A stretch of DNA of 64,000 nt from Desulfatiglandales bacterium (GTDB lineage: Bacteria > Desulfobacterota > DSM-4660 > Desulfatiglandales > Desulfatiglandaceae), in the NCBI GenBank assembly GCA_963662465.1, contig OY759599.1, positions 1,824,001-1,888,000 of the forward strand, in the 5' to 3' direction. A program made the position numbers and the translations under genes. Every line of letters starts with the position of its first letter. Positions within the stretch are counted from its first letter, which is position 1. Of this stretch, positions 39,233-49,700 are shown piece after piece. The notes under the pieces were generated by a model, which saw nothing but the letters and a program-made list of their open reading frames with translations, made no database searches and was not told the DNA's origin.

Positions 39233-40719
39233 TCCAAATCCAACCCTTTATGCCACTGTTTTACCATGGTATCGGCATTCATTTCACCCAAGCCCTTTAA
39301 TTCCAGAAATTGCCGCAGGTCATACTGGTTCCCCTCGGCCCACCAACCTTTCAGAATTCGTCCCGTTTCGGGTTCAAGCATCCATCGGGGTCCCAGTCGT
39401 TCCTTCAAATGGCTTTCCAAAACGGTTTCCCCCATCCATCCAAGAACGTAATCCAGGCAGTACAGCTCGGGAACCAGATCGAAAAGATGGCTTTCCGGCT
39501 GATAGTAAAAACCGGTATAACGTGCCATCATCCGGGCGTAAGGCGCCCCATTCGAAAGATCTCCCCGCATAAACATGTCATATTCCGCCATAAATTTGGC
39601 CGCATAGCGCCTGAACATGGAAAGGTCCTTCAGGGTTTTATGGTAGGACAGTTTTTTCGAATTCTCAGGGGAAAGCCCCAGGGATTCTTCCAGAAAAGGG
39701 ATTGAAAGCACCAGGCTCTGATTCAAAAAGGCAAAGGCTTCCGACAGAGCAAAGGAGGTCCCCATATCCCGCATCACCATGGAAATATCCGGCGAGGTAA
39801 AAGCCGCCGACAACCCGTGCCCCAATTCATGCCACAGCGTCTCCAGATCGCCCCACCCTCCTTCCGGGCGCATAAGAACATAAATCTCTTCCGGAACCTG
39901 CAACATGAGACAGATTGCCTGAGCGTTTTTGCCTGTCTCACGGCCCAGTTCCAATGTCAATCCGGGCGTGGCAGCCGGATTAATGGCCCAGTTCTTAAAA
40001 AACGGGGTTAGCGCATCCAAGGCCCTCCCGGGTAACAGGTCATCGAATTGCCGCAGGCTCAACAGGTTGATGGCGTCAAACCGGGTCAGATCGGAAAGGG
40101 GCCGATGGAATCGCTTTTGGCACCACCGTTTCATGGCCTCGAAATAGACTTCATCCGTCGCTTCAAGAAGTTTCTTCAAATAATCATAATAATAGGCATA
40201 ATCAATCCCCTTCTTTTTCCCGCAGTATGCCACGTAGTTCTCATAACCCAGGTCATCGGCAAGAATTTCCAGCAGAATCTTCCAATAATTCACGGCAAAG
40301 GGCTTTAGAAACTTACAGAGGGGACCGGTTTCTTTCTGAAGCGCCTGTCGCTTTTCATAGTTGCTGAATTTCTGACACCAGGGGATAATTTCCCCGAAGT
40401 AGATTTTTTCTCCATCCACATGCGCGGCAGCGCCCCTCATCCAGAGGCGCATTTCGTTTTCGTGGGGCAACAGACTCTGTTGCAGGTAGTGATCGATCAA
40501 TGCAAATCGCAACCGCTGTTTTTCAGGTTCCCTTGCAATATGCTCGATACGCGAAATTGTGTTCTGGTTGATAAAATCCTCATATCCTTTGTACAGTTCA
40601 TAGGCTTTAAAAGGAATTTTGTTTCCCTTCCAGAGGGCGAGGGCCTGAAGATTCCATCTGTAGTTCAGGTGATAAAGAATATTTTCGATTTCCGAAAGGT
40701 TAAGCTGGGATAATTTCAT
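39229..40719 (-). CDS. M3/M32-like gluzincin metallopeptidase homolog
   Basis: LWHELGH (HExxH) with a downstream SEAFA third-ligand motif. Confidence 0.6.
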   Translation of the reverse strand: MKLSQLNLSEIENILYHLNYRWNLQALALWKGNKIPFKAYELYKGYEDFINQNTISRIEHIAREPEKQRLRFALIDHYLQQSLLPHENEMRLWMRGAAAHVDGEKIYFGEIIPWCQKFSNYEKRQALQKETGPLCKFLKPFAVNYWKILLEILADDLGYENYVAYCGKKKGIDYAYYYDYLKKLLEATDEVYFEAMKRWCQKRFHRPLSDLTRFDAINLLSLRQFDDLLPGRALDALTPFFKNWAINPAATPGLTLELGRETGKNAQAICLMLQVPEEIYVLMRPEGGWGDLETLWHELGHGLSAAFTSPDISMVMRDMGTSFALSEAFAFLNQSLVLSIPFLEESLGLSPENSKKLSYHKTLKDLSMFRRYAAKFMAEYDMFMRGDLSNGAPYARMMARYTGFYYQPESHLFDLVPELYCLDYVLGWMGETVLESHLKERLGPRWMLEPETGRILKGWWAEGNQYDLRQFLELKGLGEMNADTMVKQWHKGLDLE

Positions 40720-40948
40720 AATGTCTCGGTCTTACGCTCTATACGGCAGTTTCTCTGACTCGAACGAAACTTTTAAATCAAACTATTTTTTGGGAAGGCA
40801 TTAACAATCGTTATCTTGACGAATCCATCAGGTTTGTAAAACTTTTGTAAAACATATCCAGAGGCCTTTAAGCTTTTCTTTTATTGTATTAGCATACGGA
40901 TACTATTTCAACCGACAAAAATCTATAACCGCGAATGGAGAGAAAAAA

Positions 40949-42721
40949 ATGATACCGACACAGCCTGTTCACAGGCTTGGAACCCGGGCCAAAATATTGT
41001 TGTCAAGCGTTTTTGGCCCCTATGCCCAGGACGATGCCTATGGCAGCCGCAAGATCAACCCCATGGAGCTTTACCAAAATCAGGTCACGCGAACACAAGG
41101 CGCCTTTTCCCTTCGCATGTTTCATCGGTCCTTTGGATTGATGCTGCTTCAGGCGAACATTGACGCTCCCTGCACCCTTTTGGACTTTCCCTCCCAGGAG
41201 CGATTTATCGAAGAACTCAAAAATTCTTCCTATGACATTGTGGGCATCAGCGGCATTATTCCGAATATCGGGAAGGTCAAGAGGATGTGCGACCTTGTGA
41301 GAACACACCAGCCCAATGCAACGCTTGTGGTGGGCGGACATGTGGTCAACAAGGAGAATATCCACGACATAATCAGTGCGGACCATATCGTCAGAGGAGA
41401 CGGGGTCAGATGGTTTAGGAAATTTCTGGGCCAGAACGAAGACGAGCCGGTCCGGCATCCGGTGACGTATTCGGGGAACGGCACCCGGATTATGGGCGTC
41501 CCCCTGAATGAGAAGGTTGGCGATACCGCCGCCATCCTGATCCCTTCCGTGGGGTGTCCCATGGGGTGTAATTTTTGTTCCACTTCCGCCATGTTCGGCG
41601 GGAAAGGCAAGTTTATCAATTTTTACGAGACAGGCGACGAACTGTTCGGCGTCATGCGGGGGATTGAAGAAAAACTCAAAGTCCGATCCTTTTTTATCCT
41701 GGATGAGAATTTCCTCCTGCATCGCAAAAGAGCCCTTCGACTCCTTGAACTGATGGAACAAAACCAAAAAAGCTGGTCTTTATACGTTTTCAGTTCCGCT
41801 CGTGTATTAAAAAGCTATCGCATTGAGCAACTGGTGGGGCTGGGGGTTTCCTGGGTCTGGACCGGACTGGAAGGGGAAGACAGCCGGTATCAGAAGCTCA
41901 AAAATGTGGACACCCGGTCATTTGTGGCCCATTTACAATCCCACGGCATTTGTGTTCTGGGGTCCTCCATTATCGGAATGGAAAACCACACCCCCGAAAA
42001 CATCGATCAGATCATCGATCATGCGATCAGCCACAATACGGATTTTCACCAATTCATGCTTTACACCCCGATTCCCGGCACACAACTGCATGCGCAGCAC
42101 AAGGCCGATGGAACCCTGCTCCCTGAATCGGAATTTCCGGCTTGCGATACCCACGGACAATACCGCTTCAATTACCGGCATCGACACATCCGCAACGGTC
42201 GGGAAGGAGAGTATCTTCTCAATGCTTTTCGCCGGGATTTCGAAGTCAACGGCCCCAGTCTCGCCCGATTGATCGGGACCACCCTCAAGGGCTGGCAAAA
42301 ATATAAAAATCATCCGGATCAAAGGATTCGCAGCCGTTTTATATTGAAGGCAAAATCCCTTCGAACCACCTACGCGGGTGCGGTCTGGGCCATGAAGAAA
42401 TGGTCGCGGGGCAACGAACCGATGGCGGCAAAAATGGACACGCTCCTGAGTAGGCTTTACCGGGAGTTTGGCTGGAAAACAAGGCTGGTTGCCCCAATGG
42501 CCGGAATGTATCTTTACCACAGTCTAAAAAAGGAAGAAGTTCGCCTTCAAAACGGATGGTCCTATGAACCGCAAGCCTTTTATGAAAAAAACGCGGCGGC
42601 CCTGGCCCTTGAGCATCAGCAAAAAAACGAAAGGCCCGTCAAGGCCACGGTTCCGTGGGTGACCGGAAATCTCACACCTGTTTTTGGCGGCATTCGAGCC
42701 GGCGTTTTGGCGTCAAAATGA
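40949..42721 (+). CDS. Cobalamin-binding radical SAM protein
   Basis: YDIVGISG..LVVGGH B12-binding region, GCPMGCNFC, ILDENF and TPIPGT. Confidence 0.88.
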   Translation: MIPTQPVHRLGTRAKILLSSVFGPYAQDDAYGSRKINPMELYQNQVTRTQGAFSLRMFHRSFGLMLLQANIDAPCTLLDFPSQERFIEELKNSSYDIVGISGIIPNIGKVKRMCDLVRTHQPNATLVVGGHVVNKENIHDIISADHIVRGDGVRWFRKFLGQNEDEPVRHPVTYSGNGTRIMGVPLNEKVGDTAAILIPSVGCPMGCNFCSTSAMFGGKGKFINFYETGDELFGVMRGIEEKLKVRSFFILDENFLLHRKRALRLLELMEQNQKSWSLYVFSSARVLKSYRIEQLVGLGVSWVWTGLEGEDSRYQKLKNVDTRSFVAHLQSHGICVLGSSIIGMENHTPENIDQIIDHAISHNTDFHQFMLYTPIPGTQLHAQHKADGTLLPESEFPACDTHGQYRFNYRHRHIRNGREGEYLLNAFRRDFEVNGPSLARLIGTTLKGWQKYKNHPDQRIRSRFILKAKSLRTTYAGAVWAMKKWSRGNEPMAAKMDTLLSRLYREFGWKTRLVAPMAGMYLYHSLKKEEVRLQNGWSYEPQAFYEKNAAALALEHQQKNERPVKATVPWVTGNLTPVFGGIRAGVLASK

Positions 42722-42795
42722 GGGGGTTTTTCTGACGCATTACACCGGTTGGCGGGGTAATGAGGAATGCTGCACAATAATATTTGCTTCTTGCA

Positions 42796-42827
42796 TTGAC
42801 AGCCGGTTATTCATTGTGAATAATCGG
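42796..42827 (+). promoter_or_regulatory. Sigma70-like promoter with overlapping 11-3-11 inverted repeat
   Basis: TTGACA-17-AATAAT; CCGGTTATTCA-TTG-TGAATAATCGG (10 of 11 paired). Confidence 0.55.
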
Positions 42828-42860
42828 AAAGTAATAATTCAAATCCCATAGGGGAAAATC

Positions 42861-43985
42861 ATGGTGAATCCCTTCGGCCTTGGAATCGCACGGGGCGACC
42901 GTTTCTGCAATCGTGAAACCGAAATACAGGATCTTCTCCGGCATGGAAGAAACGGAGACAATGTCCTGCTCTTTTCTCCCCGGCGATATGGAAAAACATC
43001 CCTGGTGCGAAAAACACTGGATCAGTTGGAAACGGAGGGGTTTCTCACCGTGTATGTCGATCTTTTCCCCATTGTCTCCGAGAGGGATCTCATAACACGT
43101 TTTTCCTCTGCTTTGCTGAAGGGCATCGGACGCGGAGTGGATGACCGTACATTCGCCGTGAGGCTGAAAGACCTCTTCAAACGGCTGATCCCCAGCATTG
43201 AATTAAAGCCGGACGGCTACAGCGTCTCCATGCGCTTCGACCAAACCTCGGAATCAGGCCCCCTGCTGGAGGATCTCATGGAAGGCCTCCATCGATACGT
43301 AACCCAAAGGGATGCACGCGCCTGCGTAGCACTGGATGAGTTTCAGGAAATCACGGAGTTGCCTGAATCCAAAAGGATCGAAGGGCTTCTCCGGTCGCAC
43401 ATTCAGTTGCACAGTGAAATATCCTACTTTTTCATCGGAAGCCGCAGGCGAATTCTGCAGGAGATGTTCTCCGACAAGAGCCGCGCCTTCTACAAAAGCG
43501 CTTTTGCATACCCCCTGAAGGAGATTCCCAGGAAAGAATTCGCCGACTACATAAATGAACATTTCTCAAAAACAGGAAAGGCCTGTCCGTCGGTCGTTTC
43601 AGAAGAAATCTACGACCGCGTCCGAGGATATCCTTACTACGTTCAAAAGCTTGCATCCATTTCGTGGGATCTAACAACGGAAAAATGCGATGGTCAGGTG
43701 GTTCAGGCTGCCTATGAGGCACTGGTTGAAATGGAAACGGCCGATTTCGAAGCCACCTGGAGCGCCCTGAGACTGTCCCAGCGTACAATCTTAAAAGCCC
43801 TGGCCCTGGAATCGACCGCTGTCCTGCCCTATTCAAGGGAGTTCCTCGAACGTTACCATCTCACCATCGGCGGCACCCAACGCGTGATCCGTACCCTCCT
43901 ATCCCTGGATTTGGTGGAGAAGCATGAGGCGGGAAAATGCCGTCTCACGGATCCGCTCATGGGCAACTGGCTGGCGCGGGGTTAG
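42861..43985 (+). CDS. AAA/'archaeal'-type ATPase with probable C-terminal winged helix
   Basis: NPF..FCNRETE, SPRRYGKT, ALDEFQE, GYPYYVQ and RLTDPLM. Confidence 0.82.
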   Translation: MVNPFGLGIARGDRFCNRETEIQDLLRHGRNGDNVLLFSPRRYGKTSLVRKTLDQLETEGFLTVYVDLFPIVSERDLITRFSSALLKGIGRGVDDRTFAVRLKDLFKRLIPSIELKPDGYSVSMRFDQTSESGPLLEDLMEGLHRYVTQRDARACVALDEFQEITELPESKRIEGLLRSHIQLHSEISYFFIGSRRRILQEMFSDKSRAFYKSAFAYPLKEIPRKEFADYINEHFSKTGKACPSVVSEEIYDRVRGYPYYVQKLASISWDLTTEKCDGQVVQAAYEALVEMETADFEATWSALRLSQRTILKALALESTAVLPYSREFLERYHLTIGGTQRVIRTLLSLDLVEKHEAGKCRLTDPLMGNWLARG

Positions 43986-44171
43986 CGCCCAATATAGCAT
44001 CACAAATATCCTCATGCTGTAGCCGAAGCCGAAAAGGATACCCTTTTTTCAAGCCATTTCTCCAATTTCTCCCCACCGAGGCATCTGCCTTGGAAGAAGA
44101 AAACCAAATCCAAAGAAAATAGATTTTATAAAATTTTTTGAAAAGTAAATCTACATCAACGGCTCCTTTAC

Positions 44172-46092
44172 CAGGGTGAATTTATTCTTCCGAATTATCC
44201 AAATAAAATATAAAAGTTGCGCTACATTATGGACAGAAACCCTCGGATGGTGTATATACTGTGACAGGCACCAAACCAATTCGGGGTTTAAATTCTTGAA
44301 CGTTAAGCAAGTCCGCATTCAAATAGTCCGCCCGCTTGAAGAACAACGCTTTCAGCATCTGATGCAGTCGCATCATTATTTGGGCGCTCTTCCCAAGATC
44401 AGCGAAACCCTCTGGTATACAGCTAGACTAAATAGTGAGTGGATTGCGCTTGTCAGTTTTTCTGCTCCCGCTTTGAAATGTACACCAAGGGACAGCTGGA
44501 TCGGATGGAATTTTCGCCATCAATACGATCGACTGAAACTGGTAACCAATAACAGTCGTTTTCTAATTTTGCCCGAATGGCATATTCCGAATCTCGCATC
44601 CCGTATCCTTTCATTATGTCGGAAGCGAATGCAGGCTGATTGGCAGGAGCGTTTCGGGCATCCGGTTGTACTCCTGGAAACCTTTGTGGACCCAAAGCAA
44701 TTCCACGGAACCGTATATCGAGCGTCTAATTGGATATATGTTGGTAAAACAAAGGGTTTTCATCGAACTCGCCAAGGCTACAGCGATAAAGCGGATTCAC
44801 CGAAAATGGTTTTTCTTAAACCATTGGTTTCCAATGTTCAAGCACTGTTATCCCGACCTGTTCTCAAAAAACCATATCTTACAGGAGGTTACAAAATCAT
44901 GCTCAGTGCGGAACATATGAAATCTCTACCCGACTTTTTTGCTCAAATTCCCGACCCGCGTCGATCCCAGGGACGACGTCACAGGCTCTCCACTGTTCTG
45001 GCCATTGCCACCGCCGCAACACTGTGCGGAATGCGCGGTTATCTGGCGATATCCGATTGGGTAAATGGTCTTGGACAAAAAGCCCTTGAGCGTTTCCGTT
45101 GCCGATATGAAAATAAGCGCTATGTAGCTCCCAGTCAGTCTACTATCCGTGATGTTCTGGTTCGCGTTGACCCCACAGAACTCGACAAAGCTCTCCAGCG
45201 TTGGAATCTGCTTTACGGTGAACAGGACGAAAGCTTGGCCATCGATGGAAAAACCATGTGTAATGCCATCGATGAACAAGGTTATCAGACTCACATCATG
45301 AGTGCTGTCGGCCATCAAACTAAGACCTGTTACACCCAAAAAAAGTCGGTTCTCTCCCTGTAGAAGGCAAAGACGAACTCAAGCGAACCAATGAAATCAA
45401 AACGGCTGCCCCTTTACTGGACGCGATCGATATCGAAGGCAAAGTCATTTCAGCTGACGCACTGCTAACCCAAAGGACTTTTGCTAAATATTTGGTCGAG
45501 CAACGCAACGCCCATTACCATTTCATCGCCAAAAACAACCAGCCCACATTACTTCAAGACATTTCCCTGTATTTTGAGGGCTGCAACGATCCTGATTTCA
45601 TACAACACGATGCTCCCGATCATGGTCGCATCGAAGTGCGCAAAATATGGACGACTACCGAACTTAACCTATACCTGGATTTCCCGTATGTCGGCCAGGC
45701 TTTTATGATCCAGAGAGAAGTTACAAACAAGAAAACCGGTAAATGCACAGTTGAGGTTGCTTACGGCATAACGAGTCAATCACCTGATCAGGCGAATCCC
45801 GAACGTGTACTTTCTATCAATCGCGGTCACTGGAGCATTGAAAACGAGTGCCATTACATCATCGACTGGAACTACGACGAAGATCGAAGCCGAATAAGAA
45901 CCGGCAATGGTCCTGAAAACATGACCAGGCTGCGTAGATTCGCGGTGGGCGTCATTAAGGCGAAAGGCGTTCGCAGTGTAGCCCAGAAAATGCGCCAGCT
46001 CACGCAGAACGTAAGGGGTGTCTTCGACTATCTCAAGATGACCAAAAATTCAGTGCCCCAAGCGTGATACCTGTTAGAACAAATTTACCGTG
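44172..46092 (+). mobile_element. ISAs1-family insertion sequence (1921 bp)
   Basis: Imperfect IRs CAGGGTGAATTTATTCT and (reverse complement) CACGGTAAATTTGTTCT, 14 of 17 identical. 10-bp TSD GCTCCTTTAC at 44162-44171 and 46093-46102. Confidence 0.93.
44296..46067 (+). CDS. DUF4338 (DruA-like) domain fused to ISAs1 transposase, completed by a -1 frameshift at about 45339-45345
   Basis: HHYLG, NNSRFLILP, LETFVD and YRASNW, then IPDPR..AIDGKT. The -1 frame continues TNEI..ADALLTQ..KNNQ..HGRIE..HWSIEN..DEDRSR. Confidence 0.85.
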
Positions 46093-46157
46093 GCTCCTTT
46101 ACCGCCCTACCTGGGTCCCTCACCGACCGCCCTGCTTGGGTCCTTTCTCTACCGGCG

Positions 46158-46682
46158 GTGACAAACTGGGCGCGGATGACATCCTCCTTCTTGGGAATTA
46201 AATATAAGTTATTGTTTACTTTTGTCTTGATGATTGCAAAGAATACCCGCTCCATTGAGCAACTGAAAAATCTTCACGGACGCGAAGCAGGTCTCATCCT
46301 TGGCATCCGGAATTTGCCAAGCAAAACAAAGGCGCGCGTATGGCTTTATGCTGCCTGCAAGTTGGATACAGCACACCAGATGCTGTCTCATATGGGCTGG
46401 GATCCCGATGATGAACAATATTACATCCAGCCAGCCACAAAATCAGGAGGTTATAGTAAAGGCGAATGTATCTTTCTAACCCCATCCGGCTGCCGGTTGC
46501 AGCTTAAAAACAGACCGTTTACCTGTAGAACCATGGTCCCGAAACAAAATATGGAATGTGAGGGCTTTCAGCTTAAACGGCGGCACGCCGCTCTAATGTG
46601 GGCAGACTATAATGACGCCATCGGCGCTATTGTTGCCTCCTTGAAAAAAAAACCTCATAACAAGAGGGTTCCCCGTAGATGA
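46158..46682 (+). pseudogene. Probable chimeric remnant: transposase-like fragment joined to a Cys-rich YkgJ-like C-terminal fragment
   Basis: RSIEQLK..EAGLILG..LPS resembles transposase segments; CIFL..GC..RPFTCR resembles YkgJ-type tails; no convincing RBS. Confidence 0.4.
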
Positions 46683-46749
46683 AAATGGCGATGTGAGAAC
46701 GGCGGGCTGAAAGCCTCTCTCACAGTCGGAGGTATGAATTCCCTTACAG

Positions 46750-49700
46750 CTATTTCAACAGGGCCTGATCGATGCAGGTCCTGATGGTTTCACCCACGAA
46801 TCGCACATGGGGCTCCCGGAGCATGCCCAGATGTCCGCTGGGCGCCTCAAAAACCTCAATGCCCGCCTTTGCCAGCTTGCCCCATCCCAGTTCCGGATCC
46901 ACCTCCACGCCCACGCCCAGAATTCTTTCATGACTTCGGAAAAGCACCACGCTTCCATCATATGGCCGTGGAACATAGCGCTCCATGGCATCCTTGTTGT
47001 AAGACCGGGCCCTGAAATCCCTCAGACCCGCATTTAAAGGACGTTCGGTCTTTTCATATAAATCCAGGTAGACCCTACGGATCCGGAATCCCACCAACTG
47101 AAAGGATCTTTGCAATCTTTTCATGCGCCATTTCAATTTGTTGAGGATATAGGCAGGGCCCTCATCCATAAGTGATTCCCAATGGGCTGATGCACGGCTG
47201 CCCGCGGAGGCGGATTTAACGGCGCCGGGCCCCACGGTGTCGAGTAACGTCAGAAAAGCCGTTTTTTCTCCTGATTCAAGGAGCTGTCGCGCCATTTCAT
47301 AAGCCACCATTCCTCCGAAGGAGATACCCGCCAACAGGTAAGGCCCCTCAGGCTGTATGAGACGCATCTCTTTCACATAGTGGGCGGCAAGATCTTCCAC
47401 CCGATTGGGCGTCGGCAAACGGCCTCCCAGGAGATGGACGGAAAGGCCATAAACCGGCTGGTTTTCACCCAGGTATTTGATCAGGGGCCGACAAAAATGA
47501 AGCCCGGCGCCCAGGACATGGATAAAGAACAGAGGAGGCTTCTCCCCTCCCGCCTGAATTTCGATGAGCGATTGAAAGTCTTCGGGGGTTTTGCCGCTTT
47601 CTATTTCTTGAGACAGTTTTTCAATGGTAGGCGCCTGAAAAAGGGTTTGCAGCGGAATTCTTTTGCCGATCTGATTTTCAATTTCCGAACAGAGACGAAC
47701 CGCCAGAAGAGAATGTCCGCCCAATTCAAAAAAATGATCCTGAATGCCGACCTTTGAAATTCCAAGCACGCTTTTCCATATTTCGGCCAGCTGTTTTTGA
47801 AGGGGTGTCGTCGGCGCCACAAAGGCGCTATCCATGGTTGTCGGCGCCATATGGGGGTCGGGAAGCGACCGTCGGTCCACCTTTCCATTGGGCAATCGGG
47901 GAAAAGAACCCAGCAGTACCACGTCCGATGGCACCAGATAGGAGGGGAGTTTTTGCTTTAAAAACTGCTTGAAAAAAGAAGGATCGGAAGCCGCGCCTTT
48001 TTTGGGAACCACATAGGCCGCCAAACACTTTTCTCCCCGTCGGTCCGCCCGAACGGCCACGGCGGCTTGTCCCACGGCCGGACAAAGGTGCAATGCCGCT
48101 TCAACCTCGCCCGGCTCCACGCGGAATCCCCGTATCTTGACCTGGCTGTCAAATCGGCCTATGAAATCAATTTGCCCATCCGGCAGATATCGCACACGAT
48201 CTCCGGTCCGGTAGACCCGACCGTCTTCCCTGAACGGATCCCGGATAAATTTCTTTGCGGTCAGATTGCCGCGATTGAGATAACCGCGGGCGACACCCAA
48301 CCCACCAATCAGCATTTCTCCACTCATCCCCACCGGAACCGGCTGCAGGTTTTGGTCCACCACATAGATCCGGGTATTGGCGATGGGTCGGCCGATGGAA
48401 ATTACCGCGGGCGGTTTTTCGGTGTTTTGAAGATCCGGTTCAAAGATCGTTGAAACAACGGTGGTCTCCGTGGGGCCATAGGTATTAAACCAGCGGATAC
48501 GCCCTCCCGTGTGCTTCATCCATGTGTTAAAGGCCGATTCCGAGGCTTTTTCACCGCCCACGATTACCGCACGGAGGGTCATGGGAAGCGGTTTTTGTGA
48601 ATCTGTGAGCCAATGCATCCATTCGTGCCAGAAAGCGCTGGGAAGATCCAGCACCGTAACACGGTCCTTTTCCAGCCATTCCATAAAAACATTCATTGAG
48701 GGGAGCGGATCAAAGGGCAGGAGGACCAGCGCGGCGCCCTGGGTCAAGGTCATGAAAATTTCCTCCACGGCCCCGTCAAAACTGATGGAAAAGAACTGCG
48801 CCACGCGGTCGCAAGATGCCATATTAAATCGTTCAGCCACGGCCAGTGCGTGATTCACAACTCCCTGATGCAGCACCATAACCCCCTTGGGCGTTCCCGT
48901 GGAGCCCGAAGTATAAATCACATAGGCCGTATTGCGGCCCGTCGTGCGGTGTGCGGGGTTTTCAAGGCTTTCATCATCAGCGGTTTCTCGTTCATCATTT
49001 AAAAAAATGATTTGACCGTTGAATTCACAAAGCGTCTCCTTCAAATGGGCCTGAGTTAGAACGATCGGAACATTTGAATCCTTCAGCATCGAGGCAATCC
49101 GTTCCAAAGGATATGTGGGATCCAATGGAACATAAGCGCCGCCGGCTTTCAAAATCCCCAGAATACCCGTTATCATATCAACGGACCGTTCCATGCAAAT
49201 GCCCACCAGCATTTCCGGGCCCACCCCCATTTTTTGAAGTTTCCATGCCAGCCGGTTGGCCCTAAGATTCAGTTCCCGGTAGGAAAAAGCCTTTTCACCA
49301 TGCATTACGGCAATAGCATCGGGCGTCCTGTCCGCCTTGGCCTCAAACAGGTGATGAACGCATAGATGTTCCGGAAATCCCCGGTCTGTATCGTTCCACG
49401 CCACTATCTGCCGGTGATACTCCGCATCCGTCAAGAGGGATATGTTTTTAATCGCTTGGCTTTTAGGCGCCATGAGTCGTTTCAAAAAATTGACAAATCG
49501 GTCCATCAATCCCTGTACATGGGATCGGTTGAAAACCCGGGGATCATAAGCCATACAGCATGTTTTTCCGTCTTTCGGAATTACCAACACCAGTCCCGGC
49601 CCGGGGACCGGTTCATAGCCTGAAAGATTCTCCACCCATTCAACCGCCGCGGCAAAGGGATGATTTTCCCGCCGCGGGGTTTTCCAGTCAAGGGCCGGAT

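Noticed and set aside
44176..44900. Druantia defence system
   Set aside because: The DUF4338-like domain lies inside IS ends, fused to a transposase, and no DruE-like gene is adjacent.
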